The notes below the pieces were generated by a model that saw only the letters and a list, made by a program, of their open reading frames with translations, searched no databases and had not been told where the DNA came from. Source: Myxococcota bacterium (GTDB lineage Bacteria; Myxococcota_A; UBA9160; UBA4427). Taken from it: 36,067 nucleotides of DNA. The stretch is from NCBI GenBank assembly GCA_039187915.1, contig JBCCZJ010000003.1, positions 1-36,067 of the forward strand, in the 5' to 3' direction. Positions 17,923-26,739 of the stretch are shown here, piece by piece. Every line of letters begins with the position of its first letter. The stretch's first letter is position 1. The position numbers and the translations under genes are program-made.

Positions 17923-20469
17923 TCAGCGCGCGGGGGGCATCGGGCTTCGGAGCCGATCCCGAATCGCACGCGCATACGGGGGCGATCGCGCCTCCAACTC
18001 GCTCGCGAGCCGCTCGAGATGCGCGCGTACTTCTTCGAAGTCCGCGCTCCGGTCGTGACTCCGCCAGAGCGCCTGGAACGCGGCTCGATCGTCGCCTTCC
18101 GCTGCGATGACGAGGCCGCGGAGATAGGCGTCCCGTGCGGCGACGTAGCGCGTGGCCCGCGCGAGCGCAGCGTCACGGGCCGGCGTAGCGGGCGCGATCA
18201 GCGCGTCCAGATCGGCCGGACCCACGCGGTCGAGCATCGACAAGAGTCGCCCGTAGGACACGGAGTCGCGCTGCGCCGCGAAATGGGGTGCTCGGTAGAC
18301 GACGCTCGGCAGATCGTCGCGCATGATCGCGGCTTCCCCGGCATAGAGACGAAGCTGCTCGGGAGACGCGAGCGCCGCGCCCACGAGGGACACTTCGGTC
18401 TTCAGGCCGTTCTGCTCGAGCACCGCGCGAGGCGGCAGATCCCGAGAGGCTCTGCCCGGAAAGCCGATCGGAATCTCGAGCGCCCCGGACCGACGCCCCA
18501 CGAGTCCGATTCCGGGCCGGTTCACGCCGTAGTCGCCCAGGAAGGCCCATGCCGACGGGAAGGCGGCCTGGAACGTGGCCACGATCGAGCGCAGCGACGC
18601 TTCGTCGAGCTGATAGGTGGGCAGCCACTGACAGAAGAGTCCGTCGTCGTCGAGGCGGGCGCGGATCGCCTCGAAATGCTCGAGCGTGTACAGCGTTCCG
18701 GCGCCATCCCGTCCCGGGTGGAAGAAGTCGGCGACGATCACGTCGAAGCGATCCGTCGAGCTGCGAGCGAAGCGCCGCGCATCGGCCACCACGATCGAGA
18801 CGCGAGCGCTCTCGGCCACGAGGCGACCCGTGTCTTCGAAGAAGGGAAGGACTTCGACCACCTCGGGCAGCAGCTCGACGCCGGTCACCTGCAGCTTCGG
18901 AAAGTGCAGCGCGGCGCGCAGAGTGCCTCCGCTCGCGACGCCCAGAAAGGCCGCCTCCCGCGGAGCCGGATGGAGCAGCAGCGGGATCAGTGCCTCTCGG
19001 CGCGTGAGCTGGCCGTGATCGGAGCCCCCCATCTGGAAGCGGCCGTTCACGCGGAGTCGGCGCGCTCCTTCGACGGTGTCGACGACCGCGACCGACGCCA
19101 TCACGCCTTCGCGCCACGCGATCATCGATTCGCCCTCTCGGACCAGCTCGCTCGGCAGCGACAGGGGCCGCAGCAGCACGAGCGGGAGCGCCAGGACGAC
19201 GAAGAGCCATCGTCTCGCCAGGAGCAGGTATCCCGCCACGAGCGTGCCGAGGAGGAGCGGTGCGCCGAGCATGGGAAGCGCGAGGACGCCGACGACCGGC
19301 GGGGCCACCGCGGAGCCCAGCGTGTTCACGGCGACCGCGTGTCCGACGCCCCCCTGTTCTCCGCGGGCGCCCTGCACGAGGTGCGAGAAGGTCGCGCCCA
19401 TCAGCAGCGTCGGAAGGAGGAAGACGAGCGCGGCGACGAGCGCCTCGGAGGCGGCCACCGCTGCGGGCGCATCGCCGAGCGCGAATCGCCCCCAGCGATA
19501 GAGCGCGACTTCGTGGTAGAGGGCGAGGCCGCCGAGCGCGCAGGAAGCCGCGAGGCCGGACAGGAGGCGACGGAGGAGCGGCTCCGTTCGTTCCGACCGG
19601 GCCCAGCGCTGGTAGGCCGCGGCCCCGAGCGCGGTCCCGGCCAGATAGAGGCTGAGGACGACGGCGAACGAGTAGATCGAGTTCTCGAAGATGCGCGAGA
19701 GGATGCGGACGCCGAGAGACTCGTACGCGATGCCGAGGAAGCCCGTGGCGAACCAGAAGAAGGGAAGTCGTCGCGCCCCGTCGCGCGTCTCCGCGTCGCG
19801 CGGGCGGGGGGCGGCCGCGCTCCCGGATCCGGTCGCGGTCGCGGGCGCGTGGCGCGCCGTCCGCCGCAAGACCCACGCGGTCGCGCCGCAGAAGAGGTTG
19901 ATCGCCGCGAAAGTCAGGATCGCGGAACGAAAGCCGAGGAACGGCAGGACGACGTAGGCCGCTCCGAGCGTCCCGACCACGGCGCCGAGGTTGTTGGCGG
20001 CGTAGAGCGCGCCCACGTGGCGCCCCGGCGAGACGGCGAACGCCCAGCGCTCGATCGCCGGCAGGGTCGCGCCCATGGCCACCGTCGCCGGCAGGAGCAG
20101 GACCAGGGGCACGCCGAAGGCCACGCTCCAGTGTCGCCCCGTGGCGCCGTGCTCGAGTCCGATCCAGGAAGCGCTGAGGGTTTCCGCGGCCGGGATCAGC
20201 GCGAGGGTGGCGAGGGCCCAGAGTCCGATCAGCACTTCGAGCGCGGCGTACCACGCGGCGGGATCGGCGCTCTGGCTGATGCGACGGTCGAGCAGGCCGC
20301 TCCCGAGCGAGAGCCCGGCGAAGATCGCGCTCGCGACGGCGAGGACGCTGGCGATCTCGTGGCCCAGGCCGAGCGCGAAGGCTCGCGCCCAGACGATCTG
20401 GTATCCCAGGCCGGCGGCGCCGGAGAGGAAGAAGAGGGCGAGCACCAGGATCGAGACGGAGCGGATCAC
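17923..20469 (-). CDS. Fused membrane transporter-like / spermidine synthase-like (SAM-fold) protein
   Basis: Two N-terminal TM repeats (LFFLSGAAGLGYQIVW...ATVAMGATLP...LYAANNLGA and again GIAYE...MGATF...VNTLGS); SAM-fold motifs FLGVASG, VELLPEV, DARRF, FDVIVAD, LYTLEHF, CQWLP; GTG start at 20469 is inferred. Confidence 0.85.
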   Translation of the reverse strand: MIRSVSILVLALFFLSGAAGLGYQIVWARAFALGLGHEIASVLAVASAIFAGLSLGSGLLDRRISQSADPAAWYAALEVLIGLWALATLALIPAAETLSASWIGLEHGATGRHWSVAFGVPLVLLLPATVAMGATLPAIERWAFAVSPGRHVGALYAANNLGAVVGTLGAAYVVLPFLGFRSAILTFAAINLFCGATAWVLRRTARHAPATATGSGSAAAPRPRDAETRDGARRLPFFWFATGFLGIAYESLGVRILSRIFENSIYSFAVVLSLYLAGTALGAAAYQRWARSERTEPLLRRLLSGLAASCALGGLALYHEVALYRWGRFALGDAPAAVAASEALVAALVFLLPTLLMGATFSHLVQGARGEQGGVGHAVAVNTLGSAVAPPVVGVLALPMLGAPLLLGTLVAGYLLLARRWLFVVLALPLVLLRPLSLPSELVREGESMIAWREGVMASVAVVDTVEGARRLRVNGRFQMGGSDHGQLTRREALIPLLLHPAPREAAFLGVASGGTLRAALHFPKLQVTGVELLPEVVEVLPFFEDTGRLVAESARVSIVVADARRFARSSTDRFDVIVADFFHPGRDGAGTLYTLEHFEAIRARLDDDGLFCQWLPTYQLDEASLRSIVATFQAAFPSAWAFLGDYGVNRPGIGLVGRRSGALEIPIGFPGRASRDLPPRAVLEQNGLKTEVSLVGAALASPEQLRLYAGEAAIMRDDLPSVVYRAPHFAAQRDSVSYGRLLSMLDRVGPADLDALIAPATPARDAALARATRYVAARDAYLRGLVIAAEGDDRAAFQALWRSHDRSADFEEVRAHLERLASELEARSPPYARAIRDRLRSPMPPAR

Positions 20470-20781
20470 GGGACCCTTGCGGTCCCCTGAAATTCGAGAT
20501 GATGTGCCGGCCACCGATCCTCCCCGCGCTCGAGCATGCCACTTCGGGCGGCGATCGACGAGATCGCGCGGCGAACGGTAGGGGGCTGCCAGAGGTCCAC
20601 CAATTCCAAGACGGAATCGCCGCTCGTGCCCCTCGAGTTCCCCTTGCGCGTCGGCCCGGGCGAATCCGTCCAATGCGCCGCCCGGGGGTGGGGCCCTCGA
20701 CCCGTTTCCCGATCCGCGGGCTACGGTGCGGCTGGTCGAATCGGAATCAGGGGCCTGCGAGCGCGTGTGGGTGAGGAAACG

Positions 20782-22731
20782 ATGAGCGTCGATGTGCTCG
20801 TCCTGGCACTGCTGTTGGCGGTGGGGATCGCCGGGGCCGTCGCGGGACTGCGCGGGCGGCGTCCCCATCGATTCGTCGGGATCGTCGCTCTCTTCTTCGG
20901 CCTGGCGCTGGCTCTCGCCGCCGAAGCGGTCTGGCGCAGTCAGCTCGCCCCACCCTCGATTCCGGAAGCGCAGGTCGTGGATCGTCCGATCGTCGTCCGC
21001 GAGGGGGAGTCCATCGGCCCCGAGACCTGCCGATCCTGCCATCCGCACCACTACGACACGTGGCGGAGCTCGCATCATCGGACGATGACCCAGGTGCCGA
21101 CGGAGGCTTCCGTGGTGGCGGACTTCGACGACCGCGTCGTGACGTTCTTCGGTCGCGATTTCCGGTTCTATAAAGAGGACGATGCGTTCCTCATGGACAT
21201 GGAGACGAAGGGATCGGAGAGCCGGACCTTCGAGCTGGTGCTCTCGACCGGCGCCCATCACCAACAGGCTTTCTGGTTCGCGACCGAAGAAGGGCGCAGT
21301 CTCGGGAAGCTCCCGCTCATCTGGATCAACGCCGAGCAGCGCTGGGTGCCGTACGGCTCGATCTTCATGGCGCCCCCCTCCCGCCCTAGCCTCGGTGTGG
21401 GCGTCTGGAACCGATCGTGCATCAAGTGCCATACGGTCGGCGGACGTCCGCGAAGCGACCCGGAGGCGGGGCACGACACGCACGTCACGGAATTCGGGAT
21501 CTCGTGCGAGGCCTGCCATGGAGCGGCGGGCGGGCATGCCGAGGCCCATCGCAATCCGCTCCATCGGTACGCGCAGCACTTCTCGACGCAAGACGATTCC
21601 ACCCTGGTCAATCCGGCCGACCTCGATCACGAGCGCAGCGCGCAGGTCTGCGGGCAGTGTCATTCGGTCTACGACTTCGCCGACGAAGCCGGCCGCGCGA
21701 GCTACGACGAAGAGGGATTCGGCTACCGCCCGGGCGACGACCTCCGCGACACGCGGCACGTCTACCGCGATCGAAGAGGCGAGGGGGATCCGATCGTCGA
21801 GGCCAAGCTCGCGCGCTCGCCGCGGTTCTTCGATCGTCGCTACTGGTCGGACGGCATGGTCCGCGTGAGCGGTCGCGAGTTCAACGGCCTTCTCGAGACG
21901 CCCTGTTTTCAGCAGGGGGAAATGTCGTGTCTGTCCTGTCATGAGATGCACGCCCATGAAGGGGACCCGCGTCCGAGAAGCGAGTGGGCGAACGATCAGC
22001 TCGGTGCAGGCCGGGACGAGAACGCGGCGTGTACGCAGTGTCACGAGGCGCTGGGGTCGGACGAACGACTCGCGGAGCACACGCATCATGCGCCGGGGTC
22101 CACGGGGAGCTCCTGCTACAACTGCCACATGCCTCACACGACGCTGGGGCTCATGAAGGCCATGCGAAGCCATACGATCGACAGTCCCGACGTGCGAACC
22201 GAAGTCGAGACCGGTCGTCCCAACGCCTGCAACCTGTGTCACCTGGACGAGACGCGTGCCTGGACCGCCGCATACCTCGACGCCTGGTACGAGATCGATC
22301 CGCCGGACTTGGAAGCGGACGACCAGGAAGTCGCCGCCTCGATTCGCTGGTTGCTCGAAGGGGACGCCGGTCAGCGCGCGATCGCAGGGTGGCACTACGG
22401 CTGGGCGCCCGCGCAGCAGACCTCCGGGACGGACTGGATGGCCGCCTCGCTCGCGGAGCTCCTGACGGATTCCTACGATGTCGTACGCTTCGTCGGGTCG
22501 CGCTCGCTCCGCGCGCTTCCCGGCTTCGAGGATTTCGAATACGACTACGTGGGCTCGAAGGTCGCGCGGGACGTGAGTCGCTTCGAGGCGCTCGCTCGCT
22601 GGCGCGCGCGCGACGCGAGGCCGACGCCCCGCGCCGCGCTGTTGATCGACGCGGAGGGCGATCTGGACGAGGCGACGTTCGATCGCCTTCGCGGGAATCG
22701 CGAGGACCCGATCGTCGTGCTGGCCGAATAG
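20782..22731 (+). CDS. Membrane-anchored octaheme c-type cytochrome (c554/c552-like N-terminal module)
   Basis: GAGG RBS; two N-terminal TM helices; eight CXXCH motifs: CRSCH, CIKCH, CEACH, CGQCH, CLSCH, CTQCH, CYNCH, CNLCH. Confidence 0.9.
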   Translation: MSVDVLVLALLLAVGIAGAVAGLRGRRPHRFVGIVALFFGLALALAAEAVWRSQLAPPSIPEAQVVDRPIVVREGESIGPETCRSCHPHHYDTWRSSHHRTMTQVPTEASVVADFDDRVVTFFGRDFRFYKEDDAFLMDMETKGSESRTFELVLSTGAHHQQAFWFATEEGRSLGKLPLIWINAEQRWVPYGSIFMAPPSRPSLGVGVWNRSCIKCHTVGGRPRSDPEAGHDTHVTEFGISCEACHGAAGGHAEAHRNPLHRYAQHFSTQDDSTLVNPADLDHERSAQVCGQCHSVYDFADEAGRASYDEEGFGYRPGDDLRDTRHVYRDRRGEGDPIVEAKLARSPRFFDRRYWSDGMVRVSGREFNGLLETPCFQQGEMSCLSCHEMHAHEGDPRPRSEWANDQLGAGRDENAACTQCHEALGSDERLAEHTHHAPGSTGSSCYNCHMPHTTLGLMKAMRSHTIDSPDVRTEVETGRPNACNLCHLDETRAWTAAYLDAWYEIDPPDLEADDQEVAASIRWLLEGDAGQRAIAGWHYGWAPAQQTSGTDWMAASLAELLTDSYDVVRFVGSRSLRALPGFEDFEYDYVGSKVARDVSRFEALARWRARDARPTPRAALLIDAEGDLDEATFDRLRGNREDPIVVLAE

Positions 22732-22739
22732 GACGCGAT

Positions 22740-23207
22740 GTGAGTGAGCCCTCCGAGAAAGAAGAGCGATCGGCGACGTTCCGCCTTCAGGATCGACACC
22801 TGACGGTCGGCTGGTGGTCGCTGGCGATCTTCGCGCTCCTCGGCATCCTGCTCGAGGCCATGCACGGGTTCAAGGTGGCGTGGTTCCTCGATCCGGCCTT
22901 CGAGATCCGCAGACTGCTCTTCAGGCTGGCGCACGCACACGGGACGTTGCTCTCGCTCGTTCATCTGGGTTTCGCGGCGGCCTTGCCTCGCCTTCGGAGC
23001 GACCGGGCCCGCGGCCTGCGCCTCGCTTCGACCGGCTTTCTGCTGGCCGGGACGCTGCTCCCGCTCGGCTTCTTTTTGGGGGGCCTCCGGATCTACGGCG
23101 GCGATCCGGGGCCGGGCATCTTCCTGGCGCCGATCGGAGCGCTCTGCCTGATCGTGGCCGCCTTCCGGACGGCCTGGGCCATGAGCTTCGAACGGGCGGA
23201 TCGATGA
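22740..23207 (+). CDS. Small His-containing four-helix membrane protein
   Basis: GTG start 8 bp after the cytochrome stop; hydrophobic helices; LEAMHGFK and RLAHAHGTLL motifs. Confidence 0.75.
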   Translation: MSEPSEKEERSATFRLQDRHLTVGWWSLAIFALLGILLEAMHGFKVAWFLDPAFEIRRLLFRLAHAHGTLLSLVHLGFAAALPRLRSDRARGLRLASTGFLLAGTLLPLGFFLGGLRIYGGDPGPGIFLAPIGALCLIVAAFRTAWAMSFERADR

Positions 23208-23434
23208 CGCGCGGCGCGTGGGGCAGCCGCTCGCGTCGTGGCCCGCGCTGCGGCGGGGCTTCGCGGCGCCGGTGATCGGCCTCGTCGAGGCGCGTGGCGC
23301 GGTTCTCCGCGAATCGACGGGGATCGCCGGTCTCGCGCTCTTGTCACCGGGGCGTCGAGACTGCAGAGTCCGGAGCGGGTCGATCGCGCGCAGCGCCTCG
23401 ACGGGTCGGGCTCGAGCTGGATAGGAACCGAAGC

Positions 23435-24511
23435 GTGCCGACGGGTGGCATACACGAATTGCCGGAGGGACCCCTCGATCTCGTGGGCGACGTCCATGGC
23501 GAGTACGACGCACTCGTCAGTCTGCTGCGCAAGCTCGGATACGACGACCTCGGGAGACACGGCGAGGGGCGTCGGCTCGTCTTTCTCGGCGACCTCGTCG
23601 ATCGGGGACCGAACAGCCCGGCCGTCCTCAGGACGGTCAAGCGGATGGTCGACGCGGGCCATGCGCAGTGCATCGCCGGGAATCACGAGATCAACGCGAT
23701 TCGTGATCAGCCGGAGAAGGAGCGCGCGGGCGAGGGCTGGTGGCATGGCCGCGACGAAGCGGTCTATCGCGCCGTCGCCGTCGATCCACGCGAGAAGGAA
23801 GCTTCCTTCCTCCCCTTCCTGCGAAGCCTGCCGGGTGCTCTCGAGCGCGACGGGCTTCGTGTCGTCCACGCGTGCTGGCACGAGCCCTCGATCGGACGGA
23901 TGCGGTCGGCCTCGAGCGTGATCGACGCCTTCCACGAAGAAGCTGCGGCGAACCAGCCCAACCTCGAGGACCTCGGCCGGGCCCTGCGCGACCGCGCGCG
24001 CGCGGAGCAGTTCGAGTGGCGGCGCATCAAGGACGAGAAGCGGAAGCTCGAGCTGATTCCCGAGCTGGCGGCCTACGACGAGGCGAACCAGATGGGGAAC
24101 GCGATCAAGGTCGCGACCTCGGGGATCGAGCGGGCGGCGCGGGACAGCTATTTCGCTTCGGGCAAGTGGCGCATGGTGGAGCGCGTCCCGTGGTGGGAAG
24201 AGTACGAGGGCCCGCCGGTGATCGTCGGCCACTATTGGCGTCGCTATCGACCGGATGCCTCCCCTGCGCAGCGCCAGCGGAACGCGGAGCTCTTCGGCGG
24301 CAGGCCGCCGCAGTCGATGCTCGGACCGGCGGGGCGCGTCATGTGCATCGACTACTCGGTCGGCATGCGCTTCCTCGAGCGCCACCGCGCGAGCGGGGCC
24401 TCGCTGAAGCGATTCGAATCCTGCCTGGCCGCGTTGCGGTTGCCCGAGTGGCAGCTGGTCTTCGACGACGCCCGACCGAGTCTCGCCGTCGAGGGACGTC
24501 CGCCGGACTGA
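23435..24511 (+). CDS. Calcineurin-like metallophosphoesterase (PPP/ApaH-like)
   Basis: GDVHG, GDLVDRG, GNHE, VHA and GHY metal-binding motifs; GTG start after AGGA is inferred. Confidence 0.9.
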   Translation: MPTGGIHELPEGPLDLVGDVHGEYDALVSLLRKLGYDDLGRHGEGRRLVFLGDLVDRGPNSPAVLRTVKRMVDAGHAQCIAGNHEINAIRDQPEKERAGEGWWHGRDEAVYRAVAVDPREKEASFLPFLRSLPGALERDGLRVVHACWHEPSIGRMRSASSVIDAFHEEAAANQPNLEDLGRALRDRARAEQFEWRRIKDEKRKLELIPELAAYDEANQMGNAIKVATSGIERAARDSYFASGKWRMVERVPWWEEYEGPPVIVGHYWRRYRPDASPAQRQRNAELFGGRPPQSMLGPAGRVMCIDYSVGMRFLERHRASGASLKRFESCLAALRLPEWQLVFDDARPSLAVEGRPPD

Positions 24512-24641
24512 CCGGTCGGGGGAGCGTCCCTCTTCCATGGAAAGAGGCCGACGCCGGCCGCCCGCGGACCGGGAGCGCGCCATTCGCTGCTTCTGTGAAG
24601 TCGCCCACGTTGTCGTTGCCTCGCTGGAACTAGGCTCCGTC

Positions 24642-26630
24642 ATGATGCAGCGCAGTCTCCTCCTTCTGATCGTCCTCTTCGTCTTCTCCCTCGAAGCCCT
24701 CGAATCGGCGGCCGCGACCCGCTTCGTTCGTTCGACCGACGGCACCGACGCGGGCAATGCCTGTCTGGTCGAGAGCTCGCCCTGTCGGACCATCCAACAC
24801 GCCTACGACTCCGCCGCGGCCGGCGACGAGATCTGGATCGCGGGTGACTTCGACGAGAGCGTGAGCACGACCTTCCCGGTCTCCTTCGTCGGCCGCAGCC
24901 GCTTCGTCCTCCCCCCGACCGGCACGGCGTTCGGTCTCTGCGCCGGAGAGACGGGCATCAATCGCTGCCCGCGCTGGACCACCTCCTCGTCGAGCGCCCC
25001 CGCTCTACTCCTCGACCCCGGCGCGCTCCAGGCGACACGGGTCGAGCACGTCCGCTTCGTCGACGTCTCGGGGCGCGCGGCCGTGCAGGTCGAGTCGGGA
25101 TCGATCCAGATCCTCGACGCGCTGTTCCGGAACAATCGGAACACCGGCGGGGGGCTTCGCCCGGGCGGCGCCCTGTCGATCGCGGGCGCGAACGGCGTGA
25201 CGATCGAGCGCTCGATCTTCGAGGAGAATCGGGATGCGAGCTCGGGGGCGCTCGCCGGAGGCGGTGCGATCTCCTCGTTTGCTCCGCTCGTGGTCTCGGA
25301 TTCGACGTTCGCCCGCAACGAGGCGGAGTTCGGTGGCGCGCTCTTCTGTGGCGCTGGGCAACTGGACGTGACGAACTCGGTCTTCGATCAGAACGTCGCG
25401 AGTGAGGCCGGGGGCGCCATCCGGATGGAGTTCATCACGCCCGCGACGATCCGCGACGGCACGTTCCGCTTCAACGAAGCGGGCTCCGAGGGCGGCGCCG
25501 TCAGCGCGCTGGTGAGCGCGCTCGAGGTCTCGGGGACGACGCTCTTCCAGGAGAACCGGGTCGACGTCGACCCCTCGCTGGGAAGCGGCGGCGGGGGGGC
25601 CGTCTCCGTCGCCGGACTGACGACACGGATCGACGGGGCCACGTTTCTCGGCAACGTGATCGAGAGCGCGAACAGCGAGGCCGCGGGCGCTGCTCTCGTC
25701 GCTTCGTCGAACGGCTCGGTCACGATCACGGACACCCGCTTCGAAGAGAACGTCGAGGGCGCGACCGGCAGCGCCCGGGAAGTGGGCATCGTCGCCGCGA
25801 CCGGCGGTGCCGATCTGGACCTGCGGTCGAGTCTGTTCGCGAACGCCGGCGTGAGTGCCGACGGAACCGCGCTCGTGCTCGATGCGAGTACGCTCACCAT
25901 GCGGGATTCGGAAGTCCACGACTATGCCGGCGGGATCTATCTCGAGACTCTGTCAGGCCTCGCCACCCCCAGCGAGGTCGAGGTGCTGCGGTCGACGCTG
26001 GCGGCCCACGCGACCAATGTCTCCGTGCGCACCGCAACGAACGTGCAGCCCCACGAAGTCCGCTTCTTCAACGCGACGCTCTCGGGCGCGTCCGCCGCGA
26101 ACGTGGACGTGGGCGAAGCGGGTATCTTCGAGTTCGTCTTCACGACCCTCGCCGACGGGACTGCTTTCGACTTCAGCGCCTTCGCGCCCGCGTCCACGCT
26201 CCAGGTCGCCGTGCGCGACTCGATCGTCGACGGCGACTGCGTCTTCGGCGGCGCGCCCTTCGCGGGACCGACGCTCGCCCTGGGCACGCGCTGGAGCGAC
26301 GCCTCCTGCGGCGCCGGTTCGGGGCTCGTTCCGAACCTCGGGCTGCTGCCCCTCGCCGACAACGGCGGACCGACGGAGACCCACTTCCTGACCCCGGCGA
26401 GCCCCGCCATCGACGCCGGAGCGCTTCGCTGCCTGACCGCTCCGATCGATGCCCTCGACCAGCGTGGCGTCACCCGTCCCGAAGGCGCCTGCGACGCGGG
26501 CGCCGTCGAAGTGCCTGAGCCGGGATTCCGGCTCGGACTCCTGATCGCTTCGATCGGGCTCACCGCGGCGGGAGGGCGCACGCGCCGTGGGGGCCGCCCG
26601 AGCGCCGCGCGGCGGCTCTCGGCGAGCTGA
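24642..26630 (+). CDS. PEP-CTERM protein with polymorphic-membrane-protein-type beta-helix repeats and a choice-of-anchor Q-like domain
   Basis: Signal peptide; PCRTIQHA; repeated FxxN...GGA(I/L/V); LLPLADNGGPTETH...SPAIDAG...DQRGVTRP...CDAGAVE; VPEP plus TM helix and basic tail. Confidence 0.88.
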   Translation: MMQRSLLLLIVLFVFSLEALESAAATRFVRSTDGTDAGNACLVESSPCRTIQHAYDSAAAGDEIWIAGDFDESVSTTFPVSFVGRSRFVLPPTGTAFGLCAGETGINRCPRWTTSSSSAPALLLDPGALQATRVEHVRFVDVSGRAAVQVESGSIQILDALFRNNRNTGGGLRPGGALSIAGANGVTIERSIFEENRDASSGALAGGGAISSFAPLVVSDSTFARNEAEFGGALFCGAGQLDVTNSVFDQNVASEAGGAIRMEFITPATIRDGTFRFNEAGSEGGAVSALVSALEVSGTTLFQENRVDVDPSLGSGGGGAVSVAGLTTRIDGATFLGNVIESANSEAAGAALVASSNGSVTITDTRFEENVEGATGSAREVGIVAATGGADLDLRSSLFANAGVSADGTALVLDASTLTMRDSEVHDYAGGIYLETLSGLATPSEVEVLRSTLAAHATNVSVRTATNVQPHEVRFFNATLSGASAANVDVGEAGIFEFVFTTLADGTAFDFSAFAPASTLQVAVRDSIVDGDCVFGGAPFAGPTLALGTRWSDASCGAGSGLVPNLGLLPLADNGGPTETHFLTPASPAIDAGALRCLTAPIDALDQRGVTRPEGACDAGAVEVPEPGFRLGLLIASIGLTAAGGRTRRGGRPSAARRLSAS

Positions 26631-26739
26631 GACGCACGAGAGGCGGAATCCCTCACGATCAGGCTCGCGAGTTGCCCGTTTTCGTTGGGCTTTGCGCCTT
26701 CCTCGACGAGTGCATCCACGCCTCGAGAGGAATCTTCCC

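Noticed and set aside
20470-22395. N-terminal extension of the 1490-aa minus-strand ORF
   Set aside because: Antisense to the octaheme cytochrome; family similarity begins only near 20469
23419-23427. Additional TTCCTATCC on the minus strand
   Set aside because: No flanking similarity to the 93-bp repeat; it overlaps the probable RBS of the phosphoesterase and is likely chance
26670-26705. c-di-GMP riboswitch-like GCAAAGCC upstream of the large PEP-CTERM gene
   Set aside because: On the wrong strand and lacks the P1/P2 architecture
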